The notes below the pieces were generated by a model. It saw nothing but the letters and a program-made list of their open reading frames with translations. It was not told the origin of the DNA and did no database searches. The position numbers and the translations under genes are program-made. From positions 598,681-662,680 of the forward strand of contig CAVVOP010000022.1 of assembly GCA_963749915.1 (NCBI GenBank): 64,000 bases of DNA. The letters are read 5' to 3'. Below are positions 42,166 through 52,600 of the stretch, piece by piece; position 1 is the stretch's first letter, and every line of letters begins with the position of its first letter. The stretch is from an uncultured cyanobacterium. Its GTDB lineage: Bacteria > Cyanobacteriota > Cyanobacteriia > Cyanobacteriales > Cyanobacteriaceae.

Positions 42166-42194
42166 ATTGTAAGATAGGTATGAAGTTTTGTCAA
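42166..42194 (-). promoter_or_regulatory. Sigma70-type promoter of psbA
   Basis: Minus strand TTGACA-17 nt-TACAAT. Confidence 0.8.
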
Positions 42195-42463
42195 GTTTTT
42201 TTCAGAAACAATTTTTCTCACCTGTTCCTTGAACAATGCTCCTAAGACAATTTAAAGGGAAAATAAGACCGAATTAAGAATTTCACTATGATAATTGATT
42301 GTAACTGAACTCTAAGTTTTTAGGAGAACTGTAAACTATAAAATTATGCCAATTTACCCAACAAAAGATTAAGGAAATATCAATAAATTAGATTCTCCAT
42401 ATAGCAAACTAAACGTATAATTGTATGTGTCTAAATTTCAAGAGATAAATTAATTATCAATTT

Positions 42464-43771
42464 TTAGTTATTCATCACTATAATTTTGCCTTGAGAATTA
42501 CGAGGAATTTGGGTTACTTTTTGCCAAATTTTTGGGATTTTATAATTAACAATTTGAGAGACCAATTTTGCTTTTATATCTTTTTCCTTAATGCTACTAT
42601 TAATCGGTACATAAAAGGCAGTAATGACTTCTCCCCAGTAACTATCTCTTTTGCCAACTATAGAAATATCTTTAACCAATCCAGTGGCTAAAATTGCTGT
42701 TTCAATTTCTAAAGGAAAAACATTTTCTCCACCAGTAATAATTTTTTGACTATTACGCCCTAAAATATATAAATATCCTTCATTATCTAAATAACCAACA
42801 TCATCAGTGGTAAAAATATCTATATTTTGAAAATGAGGATAATAGCCTTTAAATAAAGACCGGGATCTTATCTTAATAAGACCTTCTTTTTCTTCATCAA
42901 GAATAATTTGAGCATGAGGTAAAATTTTACCATTACTATAATTCTCTTCTCTAATTTCTCGTGACTTTAAGATACTAATCCCCGATGCAGTTTCCGTCAT
43001 GCCATAGGTTAAAGCTAAAGGAATATGATATTTTTTTGCTAATAGGATTTGTTGAGGATAAATTGACGCCCCTCCCACTAAAATAGTTTTAAACTTACTT
43101 AAATATTGTGGGTTATTATCGAGAAAAAACTGTAACTGAGTCGGCACTAAAGAGATAAAAGAGTCATGATAATCTTCAATGATATCTAAATTATTTTTTA
43201 AGTTTTGAAAACTATTAATAACTAATTTTCCCCCACTTATGAAACTGCGTATCACCTGCATTAAACCGCTAACATGATAAAGAGGCAAACAGCAATAAGA
43301 ATTAATCGATAAATTGTCAAAATATTGATAAAATCCCTTAGCGGAGGCTGTGAGGGTTTCCCACGTATGAATCGCAAATTTAATTTTACCCGATGTGCCA
43401 CCAGTAGGAATCATTATCCCTGTGAAACTGGATGACTTTCGGTTACTAGAAGAAAAATCATAATCAATATTACCAAAAATAATGTCTGGTTTTACTATTT
43501 TCTTTATTTGTTGCCATTCTCTAATCTGCCAATAAGGATTAATTAAAAAGGCACAAGAATCAGTAATAACACTGGCAAAAAAGGCGGCTACAAATTTATT
43601 AAATTCTGTTTCGGCTATGAAAATAATTAGTTTTCCTTTTATCCAATGATAAAAATTAATTTTAGTTAAATAGTCCGTCACTAATTCTTCCATACTTTCT
43701 GATTGATGGTTAAATATCCATTGACTACTTAATAGTTTTAATTGTGGTAATATATCTAACTTTTTAGCCAT
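42464..43771 (-). CDS. menE: 2-succinylbenzoate--CoA ligase
   Basis: PTGGTSG.IKFAIH, LPLYHVSG, TYGMTETAS, TGGENVFP.EIE, GKI. Confidence 0.85.
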   Translation of the reverse strand: MAKKLDILPQLKLLSSQWIFNHQSESMEELVTDYLTKINFYHWIKGKLIIFIAETEFNKFVAAFFASVITDSCAFLINPYWQIREWQQIKKIVKPDIIFGNIDYDFSSSNRKSSSFTGIMIPTGGTSGKIKFAIHTWETLTASAKGFYQYFDNLSINSYCCLPLYHVSGLMQVIRSFISGGKLVINSFQNLKNNLDIIEDYHDSFISLVPTQLQFFLDNNPQYLSKFKTILVGGASIYPQQILLAKKYHIPLALTYGMTETASGISILKSREIREENYSNGKILPHAQIILDEEKEGLIKIRSRSLFKGYYPHFQNIDIFTTDDVGYLDNEGYLYILGRNSQKIITGGENVFPLEIETAILATGLVKDISIVGKRDSYWGEVITAFYVPINSSIKEKDIKAKLVSQIVNYKIPKIWQKVTQIPRNSQGKIIVMNN

Positions 43772-43776
43772 TAAAA

Positions 43777-44466
43777 TTACTGTAATGCTCTTAAATAATC
43801 AATAGCTGCTTCTAATTTAGAAGGATAAGATAATGCAAACTGCTCAAACCAGAAACCTTCATCAGAGTAAGGATCTAAATTTTTCAACCATCTTTCAGCC
43901 GTTCTAATTAATTGTTTTTCTCGTTTTTGTTTCTCTAATTCTTGTCGTCGAATGTCTTCTAAATTATCTGTTTTTTGATGCTGTTTGATCTCTGCTTGTT
44001 TTTGCATAAAATTTTCAGCTATATTCTCCAAAGATATTCCTCCGACAGAAGATGGTCTACCAGATTTTTGGGTAGATTTTTGCTGTTGAAACTTAGCTTC
44101 TATATCCATTAACGAATCCTGTTGAAAGTCACTTTGTTTGGAGGGGGTAGATTTTTGTTGCTGAAATTTCTCCTCCATATCTAACAATAAATCATGTTGA
44201 GAATCACTTTTTTTTGGTGAAGTAGATTTTTGTTGTTGAAATTTAACTTCTATATCTGATAATAAATCCTGATTTTTTTCTTGAGACTTTTGGTATTGTT
44301 TGGAAATCTGTACCTCAGATAAAAAAGAATCTATATGATCATTATTTTCCTTATTATTCACTTTCTGATGATGACCACTAATAGAGTTTTTAAGAGTATT
44401 TATTTCTTGCTGTTTATTTTGATATTTCTTTTCGATCTGATTTAAAAATTTATCTATACTACCCAT
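43777..44466 (-). CDS. Conserved cyanobacterial coiled-coil protein (Slr1339-like) with three 25-aa internal repeats
   Basis: C-terminal WLKNLDPYSDEGFWFEQFALSYPSKLEAAIDYL; D..D.E.KFQQQKST repeated three times. Confidence 0.65.
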   Translation of the reverse strand: MGSIDKFLNQIEKKYQNKQQEINTLKNSISGHHQKVNNKENNDHIDSFLSEVQISKQYQKSQEKNQDLLSDIEVKFQQQKSTSPKKSDSQHDLLLDMEEKFQQQKSTPSKQSDFQQDSLMDIEAKFQQQKSTQKSGRPSSVGGISLENIAENFMQKQAEIKQHQKTDNLEDIRRQELEKQKREKQLIRTAERWLKNLDPYSDEGFWFEQFALSYPSKLEAAIDYLRALQ

Positions 44467-44586
44467 AGCTAGAATTAGGTATATAACACGCTGATTATAA
44501 CATTATTTAATATTTGATAGTTTTAGGGTAGAAAAATTATCAAAAAATTGGCCAATAAAACCAATATTATCTACCCCAAGGATAAA

Positions 44587-45066
44587 CTAAGCCGCTATAT
44601 CCAATGTCGACTGTAAGGTTTGCCAACGAAAATAACGTTCTCCCCCAAGTTCTAAAACTACTTTAATTTTAGGCTGTTGTTTAGTTAAACTGATTAAGTA
44701 CTCTTTCTCTTGATTGGAAAGAACAAAACCTTCAATAATCCATAAAACTAAACCTTTGGAAGAAGAAGGTATCTTTTCGAGTTGAGAAAGTGCCATCGGT
44801 GGGATAAAATAAGTGGGACCAACAGCACCTTCTTGACCAATGTTTTTCTTGCCTAAATGAGCTGGGCGTACCCCGTGAATACCCGTTAAATAGGCACTTA
44901 AATCTCCTAATCCTCTAGCAGAAAAATTATACGTAGTATAGCCTGATGTTCTCAGTCTTCTTTGATAACGCCCTTCAAACCCTCCCTCAAGGGGTGCATA
45001 TACTGCTAAGATCCCTGATTTTTCTAGATCTCGGATAAAATCTTTTCCCGTAGTTAATAATGGCAT
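44587..45066 (-). CDS. ndhN: NDH-1 subunit N
   Basis: PLEGGFEGRYQRRLR..GY, SARGLGD, HGVRPAHLGK. Confidence 0.96.
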   Translation of the reverse strand: MPLLTTGKDFIRDLEKSGILAVYAPLEGGFEGRYQRRLRTSGYTTYNFSARGLGDLSAYLTGIHGVRPAHLGKKNIGQEGAVGPTYFIPPMALSQLEKIPSSSKGLVLWIIEGFVLSNQEKEYLISLTKQQPKIKVVLELGGERYFRWQTLQSTLDIAA

Positions 45067-45228
45067 AATTTTTTTATTGTATAGTGCCTACATCAATTTT
45101 CTTGATTATAATAGGACGAGGGTTGATCTGATCGAGTTAAATAAGGTGATAAACTAAAATACTTTAATAATCTGTAAAAATTTCTATAATGGTATGGTAT
45201 CGGTTAATTAAGTTGTGTGTGATGAGGT

Positions 45229-46086
45229 ATGAAAATTGTGAATGAATTAAGGGCTGCTTTAGAACTGGCCACGGAAGAAGAATTGCAACAAGTTACTAAA
45301 ATTCTCTTTTGTCGGAAGTTTAACCCTATAGATTACTTGCAGACTCCAGATCCTTTTGATGTTCAAAGTCAGGATTGGCAAGAGTGGCTAGATAATATTG
45401 AAAAGCGGTTTCGTTTTTTAGGTGCAGATGGCATAACTGTATTGCGTCGTCAAACAAATAAGGTTTCCTATAGAGATATTTTGATTCAAGTGTGTCGTTA
45501 CCTCAAAATTCCTTACTCTCAAAAAATGACGACTATTGAGATTGAAAGTGAAATTTTCTTAAATTTATTACAACAGGCATGGCGTAAATTTCCCCCATCG
45601 GAACAAAAATCCCTCAATAATAAGGTTGTCACTTCTTTGGCCGATAGCACAAATCCTGAACCATTACCCCTGAGTTTACAACATGATCCTCTTAAAATTT
45701 TACTGCAGGGGGGGAGTTTAGTAGCAGTAAGTTCCATTCTAAAGCCTTGGTTACTACAAAAAATCGCTCAACAATTCGCATTACATTTTGCAACCTATCA
45801 GGTTGCTAAGACAACTTTAGTCAATGGTGGCATTGCTGCAGCTACCCAATTACAAAATCATCTTGCTTTGCAAATGGCTAAACGAGGTATGGCAATGAGT
45901 ACTGCTAGATATACGGCTGTAAGGAGTCTTTTTACATTTTTAGGCCCTGTTTTGTGGGGATGTTTTATTGCGGATTTAGGTTGGAGGGCGATCGCCACCA
46001 ACTATACAAGGATTATACCAGTAATTTTTACTTTAGCTCAAATACGCCTGACTCGTAGCGATGATTGGCAGTTGTCACCCTGCTAA
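45229..46086 (+). CDS. YaaW-like conserved protein
   Basis: ELRAALELATEEEL, RFRFL.ADG.TVL, DLGWRAIATNY.RIIP. Confidence 0.72.
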   Translation: MKIVNELRAALELATEEELQQVTKILFCRKFNPIDYLQTPDPFDVQSQDWQEWLDNIEKRFRFLGADGITVLRRQTNKVSYRDILIQVCRYLKIPYSQKMTTIEIESEIFLNLLQQAWRKFPPSEQKSLNNKVVTSLADSTNPEPLPLSLQHDPLKILLQGGSLVAVSSILKPWLLQKIAQQFALHFATYQVAKTTLVNGGIAAATQLQNHLALQMAKRGMAMSTARYTAVRSLFTFLGPVLWGCFIADLGWRAIATNYTRIIPVIFTLAQIRLTRSDDWQLSPC

Positions 46087-46127
46087 ACTTGGAAGATGGT
46101 AAATTATCCGCAATAATAGGATGCAAT

Positions 46128-47549
46128 CTATTTTTTGATTTTGGCTTTTAACTCCCATTTAATGCGGTTTAAAATTGAAGTTTCATCTAGGGAATTAATA
46201 ATATTTTCTACCACAGCTAAAGGACCATTTTCCCCCCAAGATGCACCATTGGCGAGATACACTTTCGTCACCTGTCCGATGGCATAGGTAGAAACTCCAG
46301 CGATGGCACCTTGGGTAATAGCAACAGAAAGATAGGGAACTACGCCTAAGCCACCAGAGGCAGGAGTTGCTAAGCCTAGTAGGCCTTTCAGGGAACTCAA
46401 GCCAAAAGTGACTAATACATCACTAGCGGTAATCCCCCCTAAACTAATGGCAATTTTTTGTAATAGTTTCACTGCACTTTGTTGAGTCATGGAGATAGCA
46501 TAAACATGAGAAAGGGTTAAGATCATGGCCACATCAATAATCGCCCCTGTAAATAAATCGAAGGCAGTAACTGGATTAAAGGCGATGGCGGTGGCTTTTG
46601 TCATGACGGTTTTTTGAATGATTTTTTCGGCCTCCGCTTCTCGACAAATAATTTTTTGTTGTACTAATTTTTCGTTGATTTCCCCAGTAAATAACATGGT
46701 ATTTAAGGCCACTAGAGATTTTCCTTCTCGATGGAGAATCTGTAAAATTTTGACTTGTAAATCTTGAATTTGCGGTTTTCCCCGTTGACGAAGAATGCTG
46801 ATTTTCCCTTGTTTATTTTTGACCCTGGTAACAATTAAAGGGGAAGCGGCAACCATGACAATTTCATCGGGGGATAATAATTCCCGCACTCTCACATCTT
46901 TGATCGTAGAATAAATTTCTGTGCGATCAGCATCAGGATATTGATCAATTTTATTAAACACTAATAACATGGGTTTTCCCACTTCCCGTAACTGACATAA
47001 GGCTTGATATTCAACCCTCGTAATATCTCCGGCAATAACAAATAAAATTAAATCTACCTGAGTAGCTATTTCATGGGCGAGAATTTCCCTGGTTTCCCCG
47101 TCTATTTCATCAATGCCTGGGGTGTCAATTAATTGAATTTGCACATTTTCTATGGCTTTAATTAAACGTTGTACTTTTTGTTTACTATCGCCGATATTTT
47201 CTTTACTTAAATGCCAGTTAGTTTGATCTTTTTCACGAGTAACACCATGTAAAGGACCAGTAACAAAAATTTCTTGTCCCACTAAAGCATTTAAAACACT
47301 AGATTTTCCCCTGCCAACCATGCCAAAAGCAGCGATTTGAATGACCGAATCTTCCAATTTTTGCAACATTTGGCTTAAATGTTCAATATCGGTTTCTAAG
47401 CCTTGTTTTTCCTCTTCTTTCAGGTTAATATTCAGCAATAAATTTTGTAAAGATTCTTGCGCTTGTTTATAATTAATTTCTCCTTGCAAATGGGCAAAGT
47501 CGAGAATTGTATTTTCCCAGTCTTCTTCTTGCCATTGCCATTCACTCAT
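46128..47549 (-). CDS. Era-like GTPase with DUF697 C-terminal domain
   Basis: GMVGRGKSS, DTPG, NKID, hydrophobic C-terminal region. Confidence 0.85.
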   Translation of the reverse strand: MSEWQWQEEDWENTILDFAHLQGEINYKQAQESLQNLLLNINLKEEEKQGLETDIEHLSQMLQKLEDSVIQIAAFGMVGRGKSSVLNALVGQEIFVTGPLHGVTREKDQTNWHLSKENIGDSKQKVQRLIKAIENVQIQLIDTPGIDEIDGETREILAHEIATQVDLILFVIAGDITRVEYQALCQLREVGKPMLLVFNKIDQYPDADRTEIYSTIKDVRVRELLSPDEIVMVAASPLIVTRVKNKQGKISILRQRGKPQIQDLQVKILQILHREGKSLVALNTMLFTGEINEKLVQQKIICREAEAEKIIQKTVMTKATAIAFNPVTAFDLFTGAIIDVAMILTLSHVYAISMTQQSAVKLLQKIAISLGGITASDVLVTFGLSSLKGLLGLATPASGGLGVVPYLSVAITQGAIAGVSTYAIGQVTKVYLANGASWGENGPLAVVENIINSLDETSILNRIKWELKAKIKK

Positions 47550-47766
47550 AATTTTTTCACTTAAAAGTCAGTTTTAAAAAATCTCATATTTCCCGATTCT
47601 AAATACTAATTTATCACACTTAAACTCTTATGTTTTTCAATTCATTTTGTGGTTACAAAAAAAATCGGAAGATAAATTTATGGGTTTAGTTTTCGCTGAA
47701 ATTCAATTAAGAAATCCTAGTAAAACTGATCTACAATTAATTAAGGTGATGGAATATTTTTTAAAA

Positions 47767-47838
47767 CTCCCCGAGTAGGATTCGAACCTACGACCAATCG
47801 GTTAACAGCCGACCGCTCTACCACTGAGCTATCGAGGA
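47767..47838 (-). tRNA. trnN: tRNA-Asn (GTT)
   Basis: TCCTCGA...GTCGG-CT-GTT-AA-CCGAT...GGTTCGAATCC...TCGGGGA-G cloverleaf; CCA not encoded. Confidence 0.97.
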
Positions 47839-47969
47839 TTGCCCACATTTGCTTATTATAACGAAGGGTTTTTAAAAAAGCAATAGTAAAGAGAAAAATT
47901 TTTTGGTGTAAAACTGAAATTCTCTTTCATTTCGATCTATGCTAGGTATAATAAGTTTTGAGGTTGATT

Positions 47970-48461
47970 ATGTTAACCGAACATCGTTCTGTTTCTCTTT
48001 CCTATATTTCTACCAATTTGGAAATACTCGTTCATTTAGATGGGATCGCAACCCTATATCCAAGGGACAATGATAAGTTTCATGTGGTACTAAATAATGT
48101 GGAGTTTGGTAAAGTATTAGATTCCGTAGGGAGAGATTTTGCAACTAATAATAACAGTCAAAATAGTAAAAATTTATTGTGGCTGGAAATATCCCCTTAT
48201 CGAGTGATCATGACTCAGCAAAATAGAGATGGTGTCAATTATCGTCATTTTTGGGAAAGGGGAATCTATGGTAAAAGTCGTTATTGGATTAATGGTGATT
48301 ATGACGGAAATAATCGGCAAAATTGTCTTCACTTACGAAATTTTACCCGCAGTTTAACCTTAGTAAATAAATCTAATTCAAAATCCTTGAGGATAGAATA
48401 TGAGTTATGGAGTAATCATCTTAATCTGGGTAACTATATTCTACATTTGGAAATTAACTGA
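47970..48461 (+). CDS. Hypothetical protein
   Basis: Open frame with upstream GAGG and TATAAT; LWLEISPYRV and LRIEYELW segments look protein-like; no family recognised. Confidence 0.6.
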   Translation: MLTEHRSVSLSYISTNLEILVHLDGIATLYPRDNDKFHVVLNNVEFGKVLDSVGRDFATNNNSQNSKNLLWLEISPYRVIMTQQNRDGVNYRHFWERGIYGKSRYWINGDYDGNNRQNCLHLRNFTRSLTLVNKSNSKSLRIEYELWSNHLNLGNYILHLEIN

Positions 48462-49518
48462 TGACTAATAGGATCAAAATAGCACTAATTATATAGGATA
48501 CTCCCACAATTTGGGTTTCTGACCACCCGCTTAATTCTAAATGATGGTGAATTGGTGCCATTTTCAATAGTCTTTTACCTTTACCGTCAGCGTCTTTGGT
48601 GGCTTTATAATAGGCAACTTGAGCGATTACGGATAAAGATTCGACAAAAAATAATAAACTGATGATAAATAACGCCCATAGATTTTGACTTAAAATCCCT
48701 ACGGCGGCTAATCCTGCACCTAATGCTAACGATCCTGTATCTCCCATAAATACTGATGCCTTATTGCGATTATGGACGACAAATCCTAAACAACCCCCGC
48801 TAATGGCAAGACAAAATGCCGATAAATCGGGGTGATTTTCCCCTGCCACAATTCCTAATCCTAAAAAAGCGATGGCACTTGTACCTCCTGCTAAACCATC
48901 CACTCCATCGGTTAAATTAGTGGCATTGCTTTCGGCTACCATGACAAAACTGGCTACAAACCAAAAGAAAAAGCCTAACGGTAGTATGAGATTAAAAGGT
49001 AAGTTGATGTTAGTGATAGAAGACGGTTGACTAAAATACATCCATAGACAGAATAGGATAGCAAAACCCATCTGTAAAATTAATTTTTGCTTCGGGGTTA
49101 AACCGAGATTAGTTTTTTTCTGTAAAATTTGCCAATCATCCATCCAACCGATAAAGCCATATCCAAGGACAATGAATGCTACCGCTATCACATCCCCAGT
49201 AACTCCCCCCATGATTAAACCGATAATCACCGCCGTTGGCATAAAGAAAATTCCCCCCATTGTGGGAGTACCAGCTTTTTTTAAGTGACTTTGAGGACCG
49301 TCTTCTTGTATAACCTGAGAGGCTTTTATTTTTTGTAAAATAGGTACAACGATATAACCTAAAGTGCCACAGGCAATAGTTGATAATAATAAAGGCAAAA
49401 TTTGACTAGCGGTTAAAAAAGCGTAGGCAATAATGGCTAAAATTACCAAGAGAACAACCAATAATGTCCATCCGCTAGGGTTTACAAGACGATTTAATGA
49501 GGCAGAATTGCTTTTCAT
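48454..49518 (-). CDS. mraY: Phospho-N-acetylmuramoyl-pentapeptide transferase
   Basis: KAGTPTMGG, GW.DD, NATNLTDGVDGL, FMGDTGS, MAPIHHH. Confidence 0.97.
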   Translation of the reverse strand: MKSNSASLNRLVNPSGWTLLVVLLVILAIIAYAFLTASQILPLLLSTIACGTLGYIVVPILQKIKASQVIQEDGPQSHLKKAGTPTMGGIFFMPTAVIIGLIMGGVTGDVIAVAFIVLGYGFIGWMDDWQILQKKTNLGLTPKQKLILQMGFAILFCLWMYFSQPSSITNINLPFNLILPLGFFFWFVASFVMVAESNATNLTDGVDGLAGGTSAIAFLGLGIVAGENHPDLSAFCLAISGGCLGFVVHNRNKASVFMGDTGSLALGAGLAAVGILSQNLWALFIISLLFFVESLSVIAQVAYYKATKDADGKGKRLLKMAPIHHHLELSGWSETQIVGVSYIISAILILLVIS

Positions 49519-49556
49519 TGTTGTTATCAGTGGGAATAAATATCATTACAATTGAA

Positions 49557-49619
49557 AATTATCAACTATCAACTATTAACTATCAACTGTCAACTGTCAA
49601 CTGTCAACTGTCAACTGTC
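49557..49619. repeat. Heptamer STRR (CAACTAT/CAACTGT)n
   Basis: About 9 tandem units; overlaps the 3' end of the GT39 gene. Confidence 0.88.
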
Positions 49620-52173
49620 TGTAAATTTTCCATGCTTCAAAAAGATTACCTTGCATTACAACGCAAGCACCTTTCAGATATTGAAATTCAATTACGTCTG
49701 GTTTTAGCATCAATGCTGGTTGTAAGGCTTTTTCTGCCTCTTTTCCTTTCCAATCATAAAGATATAAAAAGGTTAAATAACCGTGATTGAAAGCATTTTC
49801 GGGATTCTTTTCTACTAATTCATGGGCAGTGGCGATCGCATCATTAACTTTTTGTTGTAATACTTGAGAGAGAAGCAAAGTGTATAAATAGTCTAAATTA
49901 TCCTCGGTTTGTAGTCGATATTGCATCGCTTTTTCCGCCACTTTGAGATAGTCTTGAGTAGGATCATATTGATTAATTCTGCCAATATCAGCAAAAACAG
50001 AATCTAAACCTTCAATTCCTTGGGATAAATTAGGTGCTAATTTTCTAATTTGGGAAACTAAATCTAACTCTTTATTTAAGGGGATTAAATCGGCGTTTTT
50101 GTCAAGGGTAATTTTTATACCTGGGGTAAAAATAGGAGACGTTTCTCCCGTGTCAATATTGAGATAAGTTGCTTGTAAAATATAATCTCCATCGTCCAAA
50201 TTTTCATCGGCAAACATAGCAGTATTTTCGATGACTTGAAAATCTTGATTAAACTCTTCAGAGTTTAAATTTCCAGAATGTAAATTTCCCATAGCAAGAC
50301 GGTGATCATGAGTCCATTTTTGCTCATTTGCTAAGGATTGCCAGTTTAAAATTACGATGGCATTTTCCAATTTATCCCATGATCCTGACCATTTATAAGT
50401 AACAGGAATAGGTTGTCCCTGTCTAACTTTTTCTGGTACAATTACCTTATCTAATTTAACAGAACTATTGCTAGTATTTAGAGGAATAACTTCATTATAG
50501 GGCAAGAGACGATGATATAGTTTTAATTCACTTTCATCGGGTAATTGCCACCGATTTACTGTTTCAAAGTTATCATTGTTTTCTACTAATTCAACTGTCA
50601 TTTTTTGAGCATCAGGAATTGAACCTTGATAACCCGTTTTTGTCAAAAACCAGTCTAAAGAATTGACATCTTGGAGGACAAATTTTTCCTGAACTCCTAC
50701 TTGTCTTCCAAATACTTTAAAACGGGGAATTGAACCATAAAAAGTAATATTATGTTGATTTATTTCTGGAGTAGAAGGCAAAACACCTATATTAGATCTT
50801 AAATAAGGAGTAGTGTTAATAGCTGTGGTAATAACTTCTGGGGTTGCCCATTTTCTTGCCATGTAAGGAAATTTTTGCATTTCGGAACTAAGTTTTTTTG
50901 TTAAAAATTCACCCCCTAAAGGAAATAAATTGAATACCATTAAAATGAGGGCTAACAATATTGTAAATATTTTTAATAATCTAGCACCAATGCCTTGATA
51001 ACTATAAATTAATGCCGATAAAATTAAAGCTAGTACTGGTAATAATGGTAAGATATAACGGGCATCTTTATTCATGTTTAAGGATGATAATAAATAACCT
51101 CCCACTAAAAATATTGCTAACCAAATACTAATTAAAGAAGTTAAAGAAGAATTGCCATTTTTTATATTTACTTGATTTTGATAAAAGTGATGTTGGGTAA
51201 ATGTATAAATATTACTAAATTTAGATGATTTATTGGAAAAATATTTAATGACCAGATAAATTAAACAAATGAGGGCAATAATTAGTAAATGCCACGATAA
51301 TAAATAAGGTAAAACTTCTCCGTAAAAAGTCCATGCTTGTAAGGTATTTAAGGGGGGATCTCCTTCTAAAATAGCGGATTCAATAGTGGCTCTTTTCCCA
51401 GAGGTAAAAATCAAAAGCCAATTAGTTCGATACCAAGGAAAAAAAACTAAAATTGCAATGATAAAGCTAGTAACTAATTGAGTTAATTTATACCATTTTT
51501 TATAGATAAATAAAGAGATAAAAGCAAAACAAATAGGTAAAAAGAGGAAGAAAGCAAAGGTTTGTTTTAACATTACTCCCAAACCAAAAGAAGCCCCTAA
51601 TAAAATTGCTAACAGCCATGAGTATTTAGCCTTAGTAAAATACCAATAACTGAAACAAGTAAAACTAAAAGTCACCATTACTGCAAGAGGGTAATCTAAT
51701 AAAAATTCGAGGCGATAATAATATAACGCTGGTATTAATTGCACTAATAAACAGGAAAATAAGGCAATTTTGGAGTTAAAAAATAATATTCCCAGATAAA
51801 ACAATGAGATTAATAAAACAAGACTAAATAAAGATAAAACTAAGTTACCATGATCAACACTAGCACCTAAAATTAAGAAAAAAGGTGCTGTAAAAATGTA
51901 CATTAAAGGCGGTATTTTATTGGACAACAACCAAAATTCCCGCCACCATGAAGCGTCAAAAAAATTGGGAGTTTTCAAGGCTTCTTTATATACTATTACC
52001 CCGTTAAGATATTCAGAAGGATCCCAAGCTGGTATCGTATTATCTAAACGAAACCAAATGCGATCGATTATCAAGCCTAAACTCCAAATTAAGATTAGAC
52101 ATATAATAATAAATTTATTGGATAATTTATCCGATGATTGATAACCGTTTTTTTTGATGTTTTTAAGAGGCAT
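49597..52173 (-). CDS. Lipid-carrier-dependent glycosyltransferase (GT39/ArnT-PMT-like) with C-terminal TPR-like region
   Basis: PAWD, KIPPL, FLLDYPL, L.KQ, NKDARY.LP.LP, many TM helices. Confidence 0.82.
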   Translation of the reverse strand: MPLKNIKKNGYQSSDKLSNKFIIICLILIWSLGLIIDRIWFRLDNTIPAWDPSEYLNGVIVYKEALKTPNFFDASWWREFWLLSNKIPPLMYIFTAPFFLILGASVDHGNLVLSLFSLVLLISLFYLGILFFNSKIALFSCLLVQLIPALYYYRLEFLLDYPLAVMVTFSFTCFSYWYFTKAKYSWLLAILLGASFGLGVMLKQTFAFFLFLPICFAFISLFIYKKWYKLTQLVTSFIIAILVFFPWYRTNWLLIFTSGKRATIESAILEGDPPLNTLQAWTFYGEVLPYLLSWHLLIIALICLIYLVIKYFSNKSSKFSNIYTFTQHHFYQNQVNIKNGNSSLTSLISIWLAIFLVGGYLLSSLNMNKDARYILPLLPVLALILSALIYSYQGIGARLLKIFTILLALILMVFNLFPLGGEFLTKKLSSEMQKFPYMARKWATPEVITTAINTTPYLRSNIGVLPSTPEINQHNITFYGSIPRFKVFGRQVGVQEKFVLQDVNSLDWFLTKTGYQGSIPDAQKMTVELVENNDNFETVNRWQLPDESELKLYHRLLPYNEVIPLNTSNSSVKLDKVIVPEKVRQGQPIPVTYKWSGSWDKLENAIVILNWQSLANEQKWTHDHRLAMGNLHSGNLNSEEFNQDFQVIENTAMFADENLDDGDYILQATYLNIDTGETSPIFTPGIKITLDKNADLIPLNKELDLVSQIRKLAPNLSQGIEGLDSVFADIGRINQYDPTQDYLKVAEKAMQYRLQTEDNLDYLYTLLLSQVLQQKVNDAIATAHELVEKNPENAFNHGYLTFLYLYDWKGKEAEKALQPALMLKPDVIEFQYLKGACVVMQGNLFEAWKIYRQLTVDS

Positions 52174-52211
52174 TTTTTGTCCCCAGTTTGATAACTTCTT
52201 TTACTTTTAGA

Positions 52212-52410
52212 TTAGCCCTTTTTTTATTCCTCAAAACAAAGTTGACGACCTACTAGATTCCTCTTCGGTCAAAATCGGGAAACGTGGATAGTCTCCTGAC
52301 TCCTCTCTCCACCAAGCTGTCCCGTCTTAAGTTGGTAGCCCAAATTAAAAAGGAATTAAAAGCTAGCCCTAGTCTTGAAAGTCATTTAGATCAATACCTT
52401 CGCCACTTCC
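52212..52410 (-). ncRNA. Probable conserved cyanobacterial sRNA (resembles PmgR1/Ncr0700 as I recall it)
   Basis: GC-richer ORF-free block in AT-rich spacer; minus strand GAAGTGGCGAAG...TTTCAAGACTAGGGCTAG...CAACTTAAGACGGGACAGCTTGGTGGAGAGAGGAGTCAGGAGACTATCCACG...GAGGAATC; family match unverified. Confidence 0.5.
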
Positions 52411-52600
52411 GAACAAGTATTAGATGAAAATTGGTTACCGTAATTCAGTATTATAAAAAGTGCGATACTATATGTTCTCAATTTGACTTAGAATGGTTTT
52501 GCCAATAATAAATAAAATAAATTTGAAAAGGTGAGCTAGGATCTCAGTTTAAACTAAATTTAAACTAAACGAAACATAAAACGATACTGTATAATATACT

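Noticed and set aside
49557..49619. Tandem repeats as a possible CRISPR array
   Set aside because: Contiguous 7-mers without spacers; no cas genes in the window
49497..49790. 97-aa plus-strand ORF with NYQLSTINYQLSTVNCQLSTV
   Set aside because: Translation of the heptamer STRR, antisense to mraY and the GT39 gene
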